A stretch of 60,947 nucleotides of DNA, the filler included, from Nemertoderma westbladi (taxonomy: Eukaryota; Animalia; Xenacoelomorpha), in assembly GCA_032718475.1 (NCBI GenBank). It is 3 parts of 3 records of this genome, joined end to end, with 100 filler letters (N's around TTAATTAATTAA, not from the genome) between each part and the next. Parts side by side here need not be neighbours in the genome. Positions count along the whole stretch, not along the records: positions 1 to 27,076 come from JAUCBJ010001729.1; positions 27,177 to 45,477 come from JAUCBJ010006283.1; 1 more part is not named here. One strand, written 5' to 3'. The notes beneath the pieces were generated by a model. That model was not told where the DNA came from, ran no database searches, and saw only the letters and a program-made list of their open reading frames with translations. Positions within the stretch are counted from its first letter, which is position 1, and the number at the start of each line of letters is the position of its first letter. A program made the position numbers and the translations under genes. This document shows positions 25,251 to 37,000 of this stretch, piece after piece.

Positions 25251-26319
25251 TTAACAATACATATTAATTATATTCTGCGAAATAGTTATATTATAATTGA
25301 ACTGGTATCACCATACGGAATTGAAAATGTTAAATATATTGTAAAAAAAGAGTTAGCATATATATACTATACATTAGAATGTATGCTACATAACAATTAA
25401 ATAAATAACAAGAAAAAAAAAATTATTTAGATTGATTCAAAAACCCAACCTCCAACCTCCACGAGTAGCTGGACTAAAGGAGTGTTAAATACGCCCTCCA
25501 CCTGACAACCCCAACACCAAGCGAGGTCCCTCTCTTGTATTACATATCGCCTTTACACGAGTGTCTTGGCGCTAACGGCTGCGGTAAAGTAAATGCCACC
25601 ATCCTGGTCTTGGTGACGATTCGGCAGCTTCTTGAACCAACCCCGCTGCTCCAGAACAGAGTCAGTGAAACGGTTTTAATGTAATAAAATTAATTTTTTA
25701 AATTAATTAAATTAATGATGAATTCTAATATGATAATTCAATATGAAATATCCTAAAATAAAGACCACTAGTATATATTATTTCCACTAGCATTTCCAAA
25801 TAAACCCACTAGTATTTATTTATTTTTAAATTAGTTTTATTATTATTTCATATATTATTATTACAAAATTTGAATATTAATTTTCTAACTGGACGTCGTT
25901 GAATAATTTACAAAAGCGATATCATAGTAAAATCAAAAAACCAAGTGCAGTCCGACTGGCCTTTTTTTAACTATCAAACTGTATAATCACCAATTGGTTA
26001 CCGAGTCTGTCTGAATTTTAGTCACTGAGTCACCACTCACTGTCTGTCTGTATTATATTATTTGGCCTAAAAATATTAGCAGAAAATTATATTTCACACC
26101 ATACAGTATATTTAAAATATCCTGGTCAAGTTGGGAGTATCCAGGTAATGTGGTAACAGGTAGAAAATCAGCTGGCCGGTTTCTTTCAGTTTTATGTGGT
26201 CTCATAATAATGCAACTAAATTAGGCCTAGACAGACCCGGCATACACCCTATGCCACTGCCACATATGTAGAGCTGTATATTTCGTTCCTAGTTAGGCCT
26301 AGGCCCACTGTTAGTCCGT

Positions 26320-26560
26320 TCATTATGGTGTTCTTCGACAACGTCTTTATAGAGGAGAGATAAAAGTGTGGCTCTGTCCTGTTTGGTGCACTACTGTTCT
26401 AATAAAAAAAATAATACCAAACTGGTACACGACATAGACCCCAATGCAAAAGAAATTTCTAAACACCATGAAGTTCGATTTGTTCAACATTTGGTAAATG
26501 TAATTGACGTAGTTTGACTAATCTTTCGGCACGTATGGACGTTTGGAAGGAGGATGAAAG
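26320..26560 (+). mobile_element. Possible degenerate hAT-like transposase fragment
   Basis: DIDPNAKEISKHHEVRFVQHLVNVI loosely resembles the hAT 'RW' region. Weak. Confidence 0.25.
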
Positions 26561-26750
26561 GTCCGGTGAAACTGCTGTTTGTCGAAGGACAGATTCTGGG
26601 ATATCAAAACTAAAATCAAAATTTGGGATTCTCGTAATTTTTATTTAAAACAAAACTAAACAAAATAAAATAAAGTTAATATATTATATATTCTTGGTCA
26701 CTTTCAATAAATCGAATATGATTACTGCAGTGACATGGGCACACAACTAG

Positions 26751-26909
26751 CTAATTTTGCACTAATTAAATCTTGTGGTATAAAAAAAATAATAACAGAA
26801 CTTATAAATACAACAAAGATAAAGTAAGTAACTAATTTTGCACTAATTAAATCTTGTGGTATAAAAAAAATAATAACAGAACTTATAAATACAACAAAGA
26901 TAAAGTAAG
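26751..26909. repeat. 81-bp tandem duplication
   Basis: Two adjacent near-identical copies. Confidence 0.9.
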
Positions 26910-27076
26910 AAATAATGTAAATATAAAATACACAAATATAATGTAATAGGAAAGCAGATAGGCAGCCTGATATCATAGCAGTACAAAGGAAAATATGAAT
27001 TGAATTGAATTGCTTCAACTTTGATTCAATTTTGTATCGAAGAAAAAGGTGGAGACTTATATATCGATTAACATGA

Positions 27077-27176
27077 NNNNNNNNNNNNNNNNNNNNNNNN
27101 NNNNNNNNNNNNNNNNNNNNTTAATTAATTAANNNNNNNNNNNNNNNNNNNNNNNNNNNNNNNNNNNNNNNNNNNN
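27077..27176. other. Assembly gap with artificial six-frame-stop linker
   Basis: N-run, TTAATTAATTAA, N-run; exactly 100 nt. Confidence 0.97.
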
Positions 27177-29267
27177 CTGTTAGTGAGGACCTTGGGGAAG
27201 GGAGGTTGTTAGTGAGGACCTTGGGGAAGGGAGGTTGTTAGTGAGGACCTTGGGGAAGGGAGGTTGTTAGTGAGGACCTTGGGGAAGGGAGGTTGTTAGT
27301 GAAGACCTTGGGGAAGGGAGGTTGTTAGTGAGGACCTTGGGGAAGGGAGGTTGTTAGTGGGGACCTTGGGGAAGGGAGGTTGTTAGTGGGGACCTTGGGG
27401 AAGGGAGGTTGTTAGTGAGGACCTTGGGGAAGGGAGGTTGTTAGTGAAGACCTTGGGGAAGGGAGGTTGTTAGTGAGGACCTTGGGGAAGGGAGGTTGTT
27501 AGTGAGGACCTTGGGGAAGGGAGGTTGTTAGTGGGGACCTTGGGGAAGGGAGGTTGTTAGTGAGGACCTTGGGGAAGGGAGGTTGTTAGTGAAGACCTTG
27601 GGAAAGGGAGGTTGTTAGTGAGGACCTTGGGGAAGGGAGGTTGTAAATGAGGACCTTGGGGAAGGGAGGTTGTTAGTGAGGACCTTGGGGAAGGGAGGTT
27701 GTTAGTGAGGACCTTGGGGAAGGGAGGTTGTTAGTGAGCACCTTGGGGAAGGGAGGTTGTTAGTGAGGACCTTGGGGAAGGGAGGTTGTTAGTGGGGACC
27801 TTGGGGAAGGGAGGTTGTTAGTGGGGACCTTGGGGAAGGGAGGTTGTTAGTGGGGACCTTGGGGAAGGGAGGTTGTTAGTGGGGACCTTGGGGAAGGGAG
27901 GTTGTTAGTGAGGACCTTGGGGAAGGAAGGTTGTTAGTGGGGACCTTGGGGAAGGGAGGTTGTTAGTGGGGACCTTGGGGAAGGGAGGTTGTTAGTGGGG
28001 ACCTTGGGGAAGGGAGGTTGTTAGTGAGGACCTTGGGGAAGGGAGGTTGTTAGTGAGGACCTTGGGGAAGGGAGGTTGTTAGTGAGGACCTTGGGGAAGG
28101 GAGGTTGTTAGTGAGGACCTTGGGGAAGGGAGGTTGTTAGTGAGGACCTTGGGGAAGGGAGGTTGTTAGTGAGGACCTTGAGGAAGGGAGGTTGTTAGTG
28201 AGGACCTTGGGGAAGGGAGGTTGTTAGTGAGGACCTTGGGGAAGGGAGGTTGTTAGTGAGGACCTTGGGGATGGGAGGTTGTTAGTGAGGACCTTGGGGA
28301 AGGGAGGTTGTTAGTGAGGACCTTGGGGAAGGGAGGTTGTTAGTGAGGACCTTGGGGAAGGGAGGTTGTTAGTGAGGACCTTGGGGAAGGGAGGTTGTTA
28401 GTGAGGACCTTGGGGAAGGGAGGTTGTTAGTGAGGACCTTGGGGAAGGGAGGTTGTTAGTGGTGACCTTGATGAAGGGAGGTTGTTAGTGAGGACCTTGG
28501 GGAAGGGAGGTTGTTAGTGGTGACCTTGATGAAGGGAGGTTGTTAGTGAGGACCTTGGGGAAGGGAGCTAGTTAGTGAGGACCTTGGGGAAGGGAGGTTG
28601 TTAGTGAGGACCTTGGGGAAGGGAGGTTGTTAGTGGGGACCTTGAGGGAAGGGAGGTTGTTAGTGAGGACCTTGGGGAAGGGAGGTTGTTAGTGAGGACC
28701 TTGGGGAAGGGAGGTTGTTAGTGGGGACCTTGGGGAAGGGAGGTTGTTAGTGAGGACCTTGGGGAAGGGAGGTTGTTAGTGGGGACCTTGGGGAAGGGAG
28801 GTTGTTAGTGAGGACCTTGGGGAAGGGAGGTTGTTAGGAGGACCTTGGGGAAGGGAGGTTGTTAGTGAGAACCTTGGGGAAGGGAGGTTGTTAGTGAGGA
28901 CCTTGGGGAAGGGAGGTTGTTAGGAGGACCTTGGGGAAGGGAGGTTGTTAGTGAGAACCTTGGGGAAGGGAGGTTGTTAGGAGGACCTTGGGGAAGGGAG
29001 GTTGTTAGTGAGAACCTTGGGGAAGGGATGTTGTTAGTGAGGACCTTGGGGAAGGGAGGTTGTTAGTGAGGACCTTGGGGGAGGGATGTTGTTAGTGAGG
29101 ACGTTGGGGAAGGGAGGTTGTTAGAGAGGACGTTGGGGATGGGGAGGTTGTTAGTGAGGACCTTGGGGAAGGGAGGTTGTTAGTGGGGACCTTGGGGAAG
29201 GGAGGTTGTTAGTGAGGACCTTGGGGATGGGGAGGTTGTTAGTGAGGACCTTGGGGAAAGGAGGTTG
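27177..29267. repeat. 29-bp minisatellite (GTTGTTAGTGAGGACCTTGGGGAAGGGAG)n, about 72 units
   Basis: Seen directly; truncated by the gap. Confidence 0.97.
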
Positions 29268-29389
29268 ATATCAGTATATCACTATTATTATAATCGAGTT
29301 ATATTGGTGTTGTAAGGGTCTAAGCCACGATTCTAAGTAAAACAAATTCCGGGCTCTCGATAAAAACTGTACCACGTAACGAACCTAGT

Positions 29390-29875
29390 TTGGGTAAATT
29401 ACTTATACAAAAACGAGAACCAACCCTAGCACTTGGCAACCACCCGTGTGGTCAATCTCGGTGTCTAACATGCCCAGTGATAAACGACCTCTCACACACA
29501 CCATGGGGAGACCGTATTCGAGGCCGGTTCAACTGTAAGTCCCATAATGTTTTATATATAATAACGTGTAATGAACACCAGACCCAGTACTACCTCGGCC
29601 AAACTGAGCAGCACCTCCACAAACGACTCAACAAGCACCGGGAGAATATCCAAGAATATCGGAAGTCCCTAAATGCCCCTCCTAAACCCAACAAACCGAA
29701 CGTGGTGACCAGCAACCCAGAAGTCATCCTTCTGGAACACTTCGCCCAGTGTCGGAAATATACTGTTACGTGCGTACAGCAATTTCGTAATCACCACCGG
29801 CGTATTCACACCGAAGCCATCCTTATTAATTTACACCGCCCTCCCCTCAACAAAGTTATTCCACCATTATACTAA
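29390..29875 (+). CDS. Penelope GIY-YIG endonuclease (C-terminal part of the ORF)
   Basis: CxxxxCxxC, then CKSHNVLYIITC...YYLGQT...RLNKH...HF...EAILI...PPLN. Confidence 0.88.
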   Translation: MGKLLIQKREPTLALGNHPCGQSRCLTCPVINDLSHTPWGDRIRGRFNCKSHNVLYIITCNEHQTQYYLGQTEQHLHKRLNKHRENIQEYRKSLNAPPKPNKPNVVTSNPEVILLEHFAQCRKYTVTCVQQFRNHHRRIHTEAILINLHRPPLNKVIPPLY

Positions 29876-30530
29876 ATTATTCTGCTTTTTGTAACTCGAT
29901 TCACTTTGTATAACAATAGCGTAACTTCAATGGTGGTGTTATATTATATTATATATTTTATTATTGTTAGCGTCTTGTTTCAACAGCTGCTAGACCTGCA
30001 GTAATTTATTCCAGCATTGTGGTGTCATCTATCAACTTTATCTCATTTTATGAATTTTATCGATTGTTTGCTCATGTTTTAAATAATTTTATTTTATTTC
30101 ATTTCACTTTATTTCATTTTATTTAATTGTACCTTCCAAGCCGTCCATACCTGAACTGCCGTATATCTTTTTATTTATTTTTACTATTTTAACTTAATTA
30201 ATTGTATCTACCTAGCCTTAGTCACACTTCGCATTTTATCGAATGTTCATCCGAAAAGTATCACAATATTATATATTTAACTTTATTTTCCTTACCTATT
30301 TTAATTTAACTTATCCTCCATGACAGCCTAATCTAATCTCTCTTTTTACCACTGCTCATATTTTATTCACCCTTCGCATTTTATCGATTGTTCATCCGAA
30401 AATAACCAGGCATGTACTGTACGATAGCCTCGTATAAATTAGTATCTTTTACAGTATTATTCAATTAAATTTAACCACGTACGTACTTATTTTAATATGT
30501 AAATTATGTAAACATTTTATTATATATTTA

Positions 30531-30574
30531 TATCACTGAAGACGTGTGTTAATACACGAAATGGCCATATGATA
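30531..30574 (+). ncRNA. Minimal type I hammerhead ribozyme
   Basis: TATCA-CTGAAGA-c-GTGT(gttaat)ACAC-GAAA-TGGCCA-TA-TGATA: conserved core, stems I and II, palindromic stem III. Predicted cleavage after 30569. Confidence 0.8.
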
Positions 30575-30707
30575 AAAAGGAATTTGTTTTACTTAGAATC
30601 ATGGCTTAGACTCTTACAACACCAATATAACTCGATTTTAATATGTATTCGCCGCGAACGACATCTTTCAAACTCGCTTCATATTTAGACTATTATTATA
30701 GGTATTA

Positions 30708-31005
30708 CAGGGTTGCCACTTTCTTTTAGTTTCAATTTTCCCTGACTTTTTGAAAAAATTCCCTGACTGTAGGTACAACATTTTTATATATTATATGGAC
30801 AGCTGTATATTTTCCATTCGCTTTATTATATTACAAAAAAAAGGAATGCAATGGCGAGCGAAGTCTGCAGAGAAACTTTTACACATTTTCGCTATGACAC
30901 CATGATGTCCTGTATATCAAATTCCCTTACTTTTCCCTGATTTGTCCATTTTTTTACATGAAATTCCCTGACTATTCCAGGTTTTCCAGGTGAGTGGCAA
31001 CCCTG
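30708..31005. mobile_element. MITE with 13-bp TIRs CAGGGTTGCCACT
   Basis: Perfect inverted termini and internal TTCCCTGA repeats. Confidence 0.85.
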
Positions 31006-31068
31006 AAATATCTAGTTCGTCTATATAATGGCAACCGGATTTGGAGTACACTGTAGTAAGTAACTCAC

Positions 31069-34000
31069 CTTCAAACAGAAGTATTAGAACCAAGTCGACC
31101 AGTCGCATAGCATCGAGGACGCATCTACCGTCGCCGGTGACGGATAGAGCGACGGATTCGCAGAGGTTATGTCGGAGTAGACTGTGAGTGATTCCCGGCG
31201 AACCGCGGCACAGGGTACTCAGTAGACTCACTATCGTACTGATATTCTAGAAAACAAACTCACATAGTTAATATGCGAAACCCATACATACATACATACA
31301 TACATACACCATGCCCTGGAATATAACGTATTATTCAAACATTTTCTACAAATCTTAATTAATTAATGCAATTTGAAACAGACAGTTAGATGTCCTAAGT
31401 AGTAGAGGTTTGGCCGGCTCGGCGACAGTTAGATGTCCTGACTTCTTAATGGGTGAAGCAGAAATTATGTTTTATCTTTCAATGTTTAACAACAAAAGCG
31501 TTTGACAATTTGTCTCCGTAGATATTGCACTAGTCGCAGTGAATTTGAATATGAATTTGTTATATTCCATCACAACACATTCCACAGTTTTATAAATATA
31601 TTTACAAGATTGGCAACCGAAACCATGCACCCTTCTGCCGTCATTGCCTATCTCTTGTCGCTCTCGCTTCAACAACTAAATTTTCCAGGTCAATTTTTAA
31701 TCAAATACCTGTCATTAAAATTTACCCCGCCAGGGTGTATATATAATAATATTATGATGCCGGAATTTTTGTTACCATGAAGACGGAATTTTCAAAGTTT
31801 TAAAAGTGTCTTTTGCGAAATCGCACCCTCGGTATCGTGGCCATTCTTCAGATTAGTCGTAATTTTTTCATATCATTAGAAAGCTTACGTTGCAAGGATT
31901 CCAAATATGTAACAATATCTGAATTTCGTTGAGAAACAGATGAGATATAGGCGTTCAAAGATTGCAAGAAGTATCATTCGCTGTAGACAATTAATTCCAT
32001 TGAATAAATACACAAAATTCTAGAAGGTATTATTTATTTTATGAGTAGGTGGGCAACAGCCGCGGTATACCTACCTATATAAATTACCGAAGCGGTTCCC
32101 CCAAGCTTGACACTAGAACAAAGCCGCCCCCGCTTAGCAGGACATTGCTTTCGCCGTGAGGACCAGCCAGTGCATAATCTTGTGCTTTGGCGGCCTCATG
32201 GAGTGAACAAGCATGGTGGACAGCACATGACATTCTTGAGACGCATCTTAAAGGACACTGGCCTTAAAGATACGGATGATCTAGCAAATGTCATGGGTGA
32301 TAGGGAGTTGTGGCGGCGCATTTGTGTCGATAAGCCGGCACATCATTGTTAATATATATGTAATATATATATATAATGCAGCTGCAGTGCATCGTGTCGA
32401 TCGTAGTAGTAGTATACCTATACAATATCGCTATTGCGTAGCTATTCATACATAAACCAAATGTTTCAGAACATTGTGTATTTATTTAATATAATAAATT
32501 GGAGTTGAGATGTGATTATTGAATTATTATTATTATTAAATAGAATAAATGATTATAGCTAAATAATCCCCAGTTAAATAATAACTAGAGTGTAACTGGT
32601 GCAATGGAAGGGGAAGCAAATACATGCAGCTTTCGAAAGCCCGTATATCAGCAATTTTCAAACCAAATTCAATGAATCCGTGGACGGCCGGCTTTCTAAC
32701 AGTATCAACAAATCACTATAGAGTATAAGGTTAAATAACAAGTGCTGTATAACTGGTGCAATATCGATGGAAATACCTTTTTTAAACGCTTGTAGCTAAA
32801 GAATGAAAGCAAAAATAAAAGTTCTGGCTCACCCACTCAGTGGTCGGGAGGTGAAACTATCTTTGTTTTAAATTCCATGCGATCTCATTAATATTTGTAT
32901 AATTTTTGGGGGGTGAGGGGGGGGGGGGGAACCAGTTGAGGTACCTGAATAACGCATTCCAGGACATGGTGTAAATTTAGTACGATTTACTTAAGTTCTT
33001 TTTACTTTAGTTGATTAATAGAGTGTGAGTTGGTAGTCAATTTCCATTTGGTAGGAGAAAAGAACGCAACGACCAAAGTAACTACTATCAACTAATGTGT
33101 TATCATACATAAGTGGTAAGTAGGCTGTTGCTAGGATACAATAATACGGTGAAAATACATTGATTGGACTGTTGCTATGCGTGTTAGCATTATTGTACTA
33201 AAGGTAGAGTAAGGTTGTGTGTGCAGTGCATACCTTCTCAGTACATTGTATTTAGGCCTATTATCTATACTACACTCAAGGTAGGCCAGACTGCCAAGCC
33301 TATCAGCCTGTAGCTGTCTGTGATTCATGTGCCCTAAATTATTTCGGTTTCAAACATTAGACTCCAGACAGCCAGATAAAATTATGACATCACACCCCTA
33401 AATTTCAACCTTAAATTGGTAATCCATAGGCCACTTCCGTATTTCTTCCTACTGCACCTACTGTCTGACTGTCTTACATACAGTACCGGTAGACTGACAG
33501 ACATTCTGATATTCCTGTCTGCCTGTATTCTGCCTCGCGGGCCGGTGTCTTAGATACACCTACATTAACTGTGACATTACGGACCACCCGCACTACGTAT
33601 TATCGTTTCCTTTAAACCTATCTCCATCCACCATCACCACAACGCATACGAACTGAATAACAGAAATGAGCAGCGGAGTTCATCTGTGGAGGTGGGGGGC
33701 GCGACTCAACGGGACTCAACGCTATCGCCTGTTAAACCTACCGGTACATCCTCACGGAAACAACGCCATATGCGCGCCGACTATCGTGGTAAGCAGGTCC
33801 CACTCGGGTATTTACGGAGAGAGTGGGAGCGTGAACGAGCAGCCACTACGACGTTTGGTGGGATTAACTAAAGTATTCGCAGTAGTTGTTCCGGCTATAA
33901 TAGTTGGGGGGTTTATGAGCAAGGAGGGGGCGGCGTGGTTGGAAGATAATGATATATTTGTACCCGAGGAGGACGACGATTAATAGATCCGTAGTGATTG

Positions 34001-37000
34001 GATATATAATTTTGCATATCCTAGTTGCCAAGACTCTGAACTCCTAGTCTAGTACAATGCTAGCTGACTAGTGTACAGTAGTAGACATAGTTGTAGAACG
34101 CAATAATTTTTATTGTCCATTTTTATCCTTTTTTTGTCAATTTTTTTTGATTTTTTATGTCATCCAAAAGTCTAATGTTAGGTTCCATGCTACCGGTTTC
34201 TCTACTGCTGTTCTCTCAGGCTATCAGTACCGGTTAGTATATATATAGCACTATTTTGCTGTATTGTATGTACAGATGTAGGTATAAAGCAGGTATTTCT
34301 GTATTTTAGTACCGGTACCGGCACTGGTACTGCTATAGGCCTACTGTGTAGCCTACCATTTAAATACGGTAATGGTAGGCCTACCGGTTGTGCTAATAAA
34401 TTTTAAATAATTGATAGGCGAAACTGGATTGCAGGATTGTGGAAAATGTGGATATACCTTTCACATAATTTAGGCCTTACTGTATTAGTTTTATAATCAA
34501 TAATGGATCATGACTACTGTCTGAGTAGTGTTACGGATAGCGGCTCCACTACTTCCAACAGCACAGAAGGCCCGCCTCTGTAACCTGCCCCTTTCCCTCA
34601 ATTAGTTAAATGATCGTTTATTGTTTTGGTTAGAAAATCCCGTCTCTGTAACCTGCTCCTTTCCCTCAATTAGTTAAATGATCGTTTATTGTTTTGGTTA
34701 GAAAGTCCCGTCTCTGTAACCTGCTCCTTTCCCTGATTTGGTAAAGTGACTGTTTATTGTTTTGGTTAGAAAATCCCGCCTCTGTAACCTGCTCCTTTCC
34801 CTCAATTAGTTTAAGTGATCGTTTATTGTTTTGGTTAGGAAATCCCGCCTCTGTAACCTGCTCCTTTCCCTCAATTGGTAATGTTATCGTTTATTGTTTT
34901 GGTTAGAAAATCCCGCCTCTGTAACCTGCTCCTTTCTCTCAATTGGTAATGTTATCGTTTATTGTTTTGGTTAGAAAATCCCGTCTCTGTAACCTGCTCC
35001 TTTCCCTCAATTAGTTAAATGATCGTTTATTGTTTTGGTTAGAAAATCCCGTCTCTGTAACCTGCTCCTTTCCCTGATTTGGTAAAGTGACTGTTTATTG
35101 TTTTGGTTAGAAAATCCCGCCTCTGTAACCTGCTCCTTTCCCTCAATTAGTTTAAGTGATCGTTTATTGTTTTGGTTAGGAAATCCCGCCTCTGTAACCT
35201 GCTCCTTTCCCTCAATTGGTAATGTTATCGTTTATTGTTTTGGTTAGAAAATCCCGCCTCTGTAACCTGCTCCTTTCTCTCAATTGGTAATGTTATCGTT
35301 TATTGTTTTGGTTAGAAAATCCCGTCTCTGTAACCTGCTCCTTTCCCTCAATTAGTTAAATGATCGTTTATTGTTTTGGTTAGAAAATCCCGTCTCTGTA
35401 ACCTGCTCCTTTCCCTGATTTGGTAAAGTGACTGTTTATTGTTTTGGTTAGAAAACTCGGCCTTAACCTGCTCCTTTCCATCAATTGGTAATTGTTTTTG
35501 GCTTTTTAGAGTCTTTTTACCACAGGCGCATATGGAAATCTATCTCATAGTCTATAAATCATGGAATCATGGAATGTTTTGGCACAGGCATAGTGAAATC
35601 AACTGTCTGACAGTCCAGAAATGAAGTTTGAAGACAGTGACAGTTTGAAGAAATACATACATAAAAAGTGACAATAAAAGTCATTAAATGGACAACAAAA
35701 GTCATTATGCATAATTCGTAAAAAAAAAGTGACAAAAAAAGTCAAATAAATTGACATAAAAAATCACTGCCGTTGTAGAAGACAATTAATTACTAATTAA
35801 TAGCAGCTGATTAATAGTATTGTAGTACAATACGGTGTATGACCTTCTTACTACTATTACTAGAGTACTGCCGTTACTGTAATATAGATGGTGGACATAA
35901 CTTATGGTTTATTACACCATGTCCTGGAATATAGTGTATTAATTCACGTACTCGACCCCCCTCCCCTACAAATCTTAATGAGATCGTGTAAAATTTGATA
36001 CAGAGTTAGTGTGAATTTGTCCTCTCGTTGTCTGACTGAATATCATTTTCGCCTTGAACACAATATTGCAGCGTTACACCGCAGCTACCCTAATCTAAAG
36101 GTCGGTTTACATATTACAACTCGCTTATCATGTTGGTTCATGTAAACAGGGGAAACACCTCGTCGCCGAAAACATTTGCTGTGGAAATTGCTGTTTTTAT
36201 TTAGAATTTTCGGCATTGGATCGAAAAAGATGGCCGTGTTCCAGCAACTTGCTTGATTTGCTTGTTGTTGTAAGTTAAACAAAAGAAACAGCGAAAAGTG
36301 GAAAATTGGTGACAGTGTGATAAGCTTTAGGCTTTTATACAACTTTTGAACTTCAACCAAATTCATATTTCTTCACGGATTTTTTCTGACGGGTTGATTA
36401 TTTTACACTCCCCCCATTCCAGGACATGGTACACTGTAGTAATAGTACTAATGTTGGATTATATCAGGAGTTCAGTGTACAAGTTGGTATTTTTTCATGT
36501 GCCTTTATCCAGTATTTTTTTTATAGTCTTTATTCGTTGCATTTTTAAGTACTGCACTGTACCGTATTGTCCGTATTGCGTAATAACATTTTAGGACTTT
36601 GTATGCACAGCACAACTTGTTAATGGAGGATAGAGACAGGGGGGGGGGGGGGGGGGGACTGGACGCAAAACCCGCCTTGGCGAATTAATATCCCGCCTCA
36701 AAGTTAAATTCTCAATTTAGGGAAAAGAGCAGGTTATAGTGGCACGTTATTTTAATCAAAACAATAACAGGTTACAGTTTTATTTTTGAGAGTAATCACA
36801 ATCAGCTGTTATTTGCGTCGAATTTCCCCTGGAGAGAGATTATTTTTATTGCGTCCAGTTCCCCCCCCCCCCCCCCCCCCCCCCTGCTGGTATGGAATAA
36901 CAACTTAATCTCAAGGGACCAAGCTACTATAGACTTTGACTTTTCGTTATAATTTCAAATTCGTCAAATAAAATTAAGTGTAAATCTTATGAATTTAATC

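Larger units (their letters stand above)
29293..30688 (+). mobile_element. Penelope-like retroelement, 5'-truncated, with inverted partial pLTR
   Basis: GIY-YIG ORF, hammerhead, inverted repeat 29292-29350 vs 30579-30637, and 12-bp TSD ACTATTATTATA at 29281-29292 and 30689-30700. Confidence 0.9.

Noticed and set aside
27121-27132. TTAATTAATTAA palindrome (also at 45522-45533) as a biological site
   Set aside because: Identical and centred in N-runs, so it is an artificial linker.
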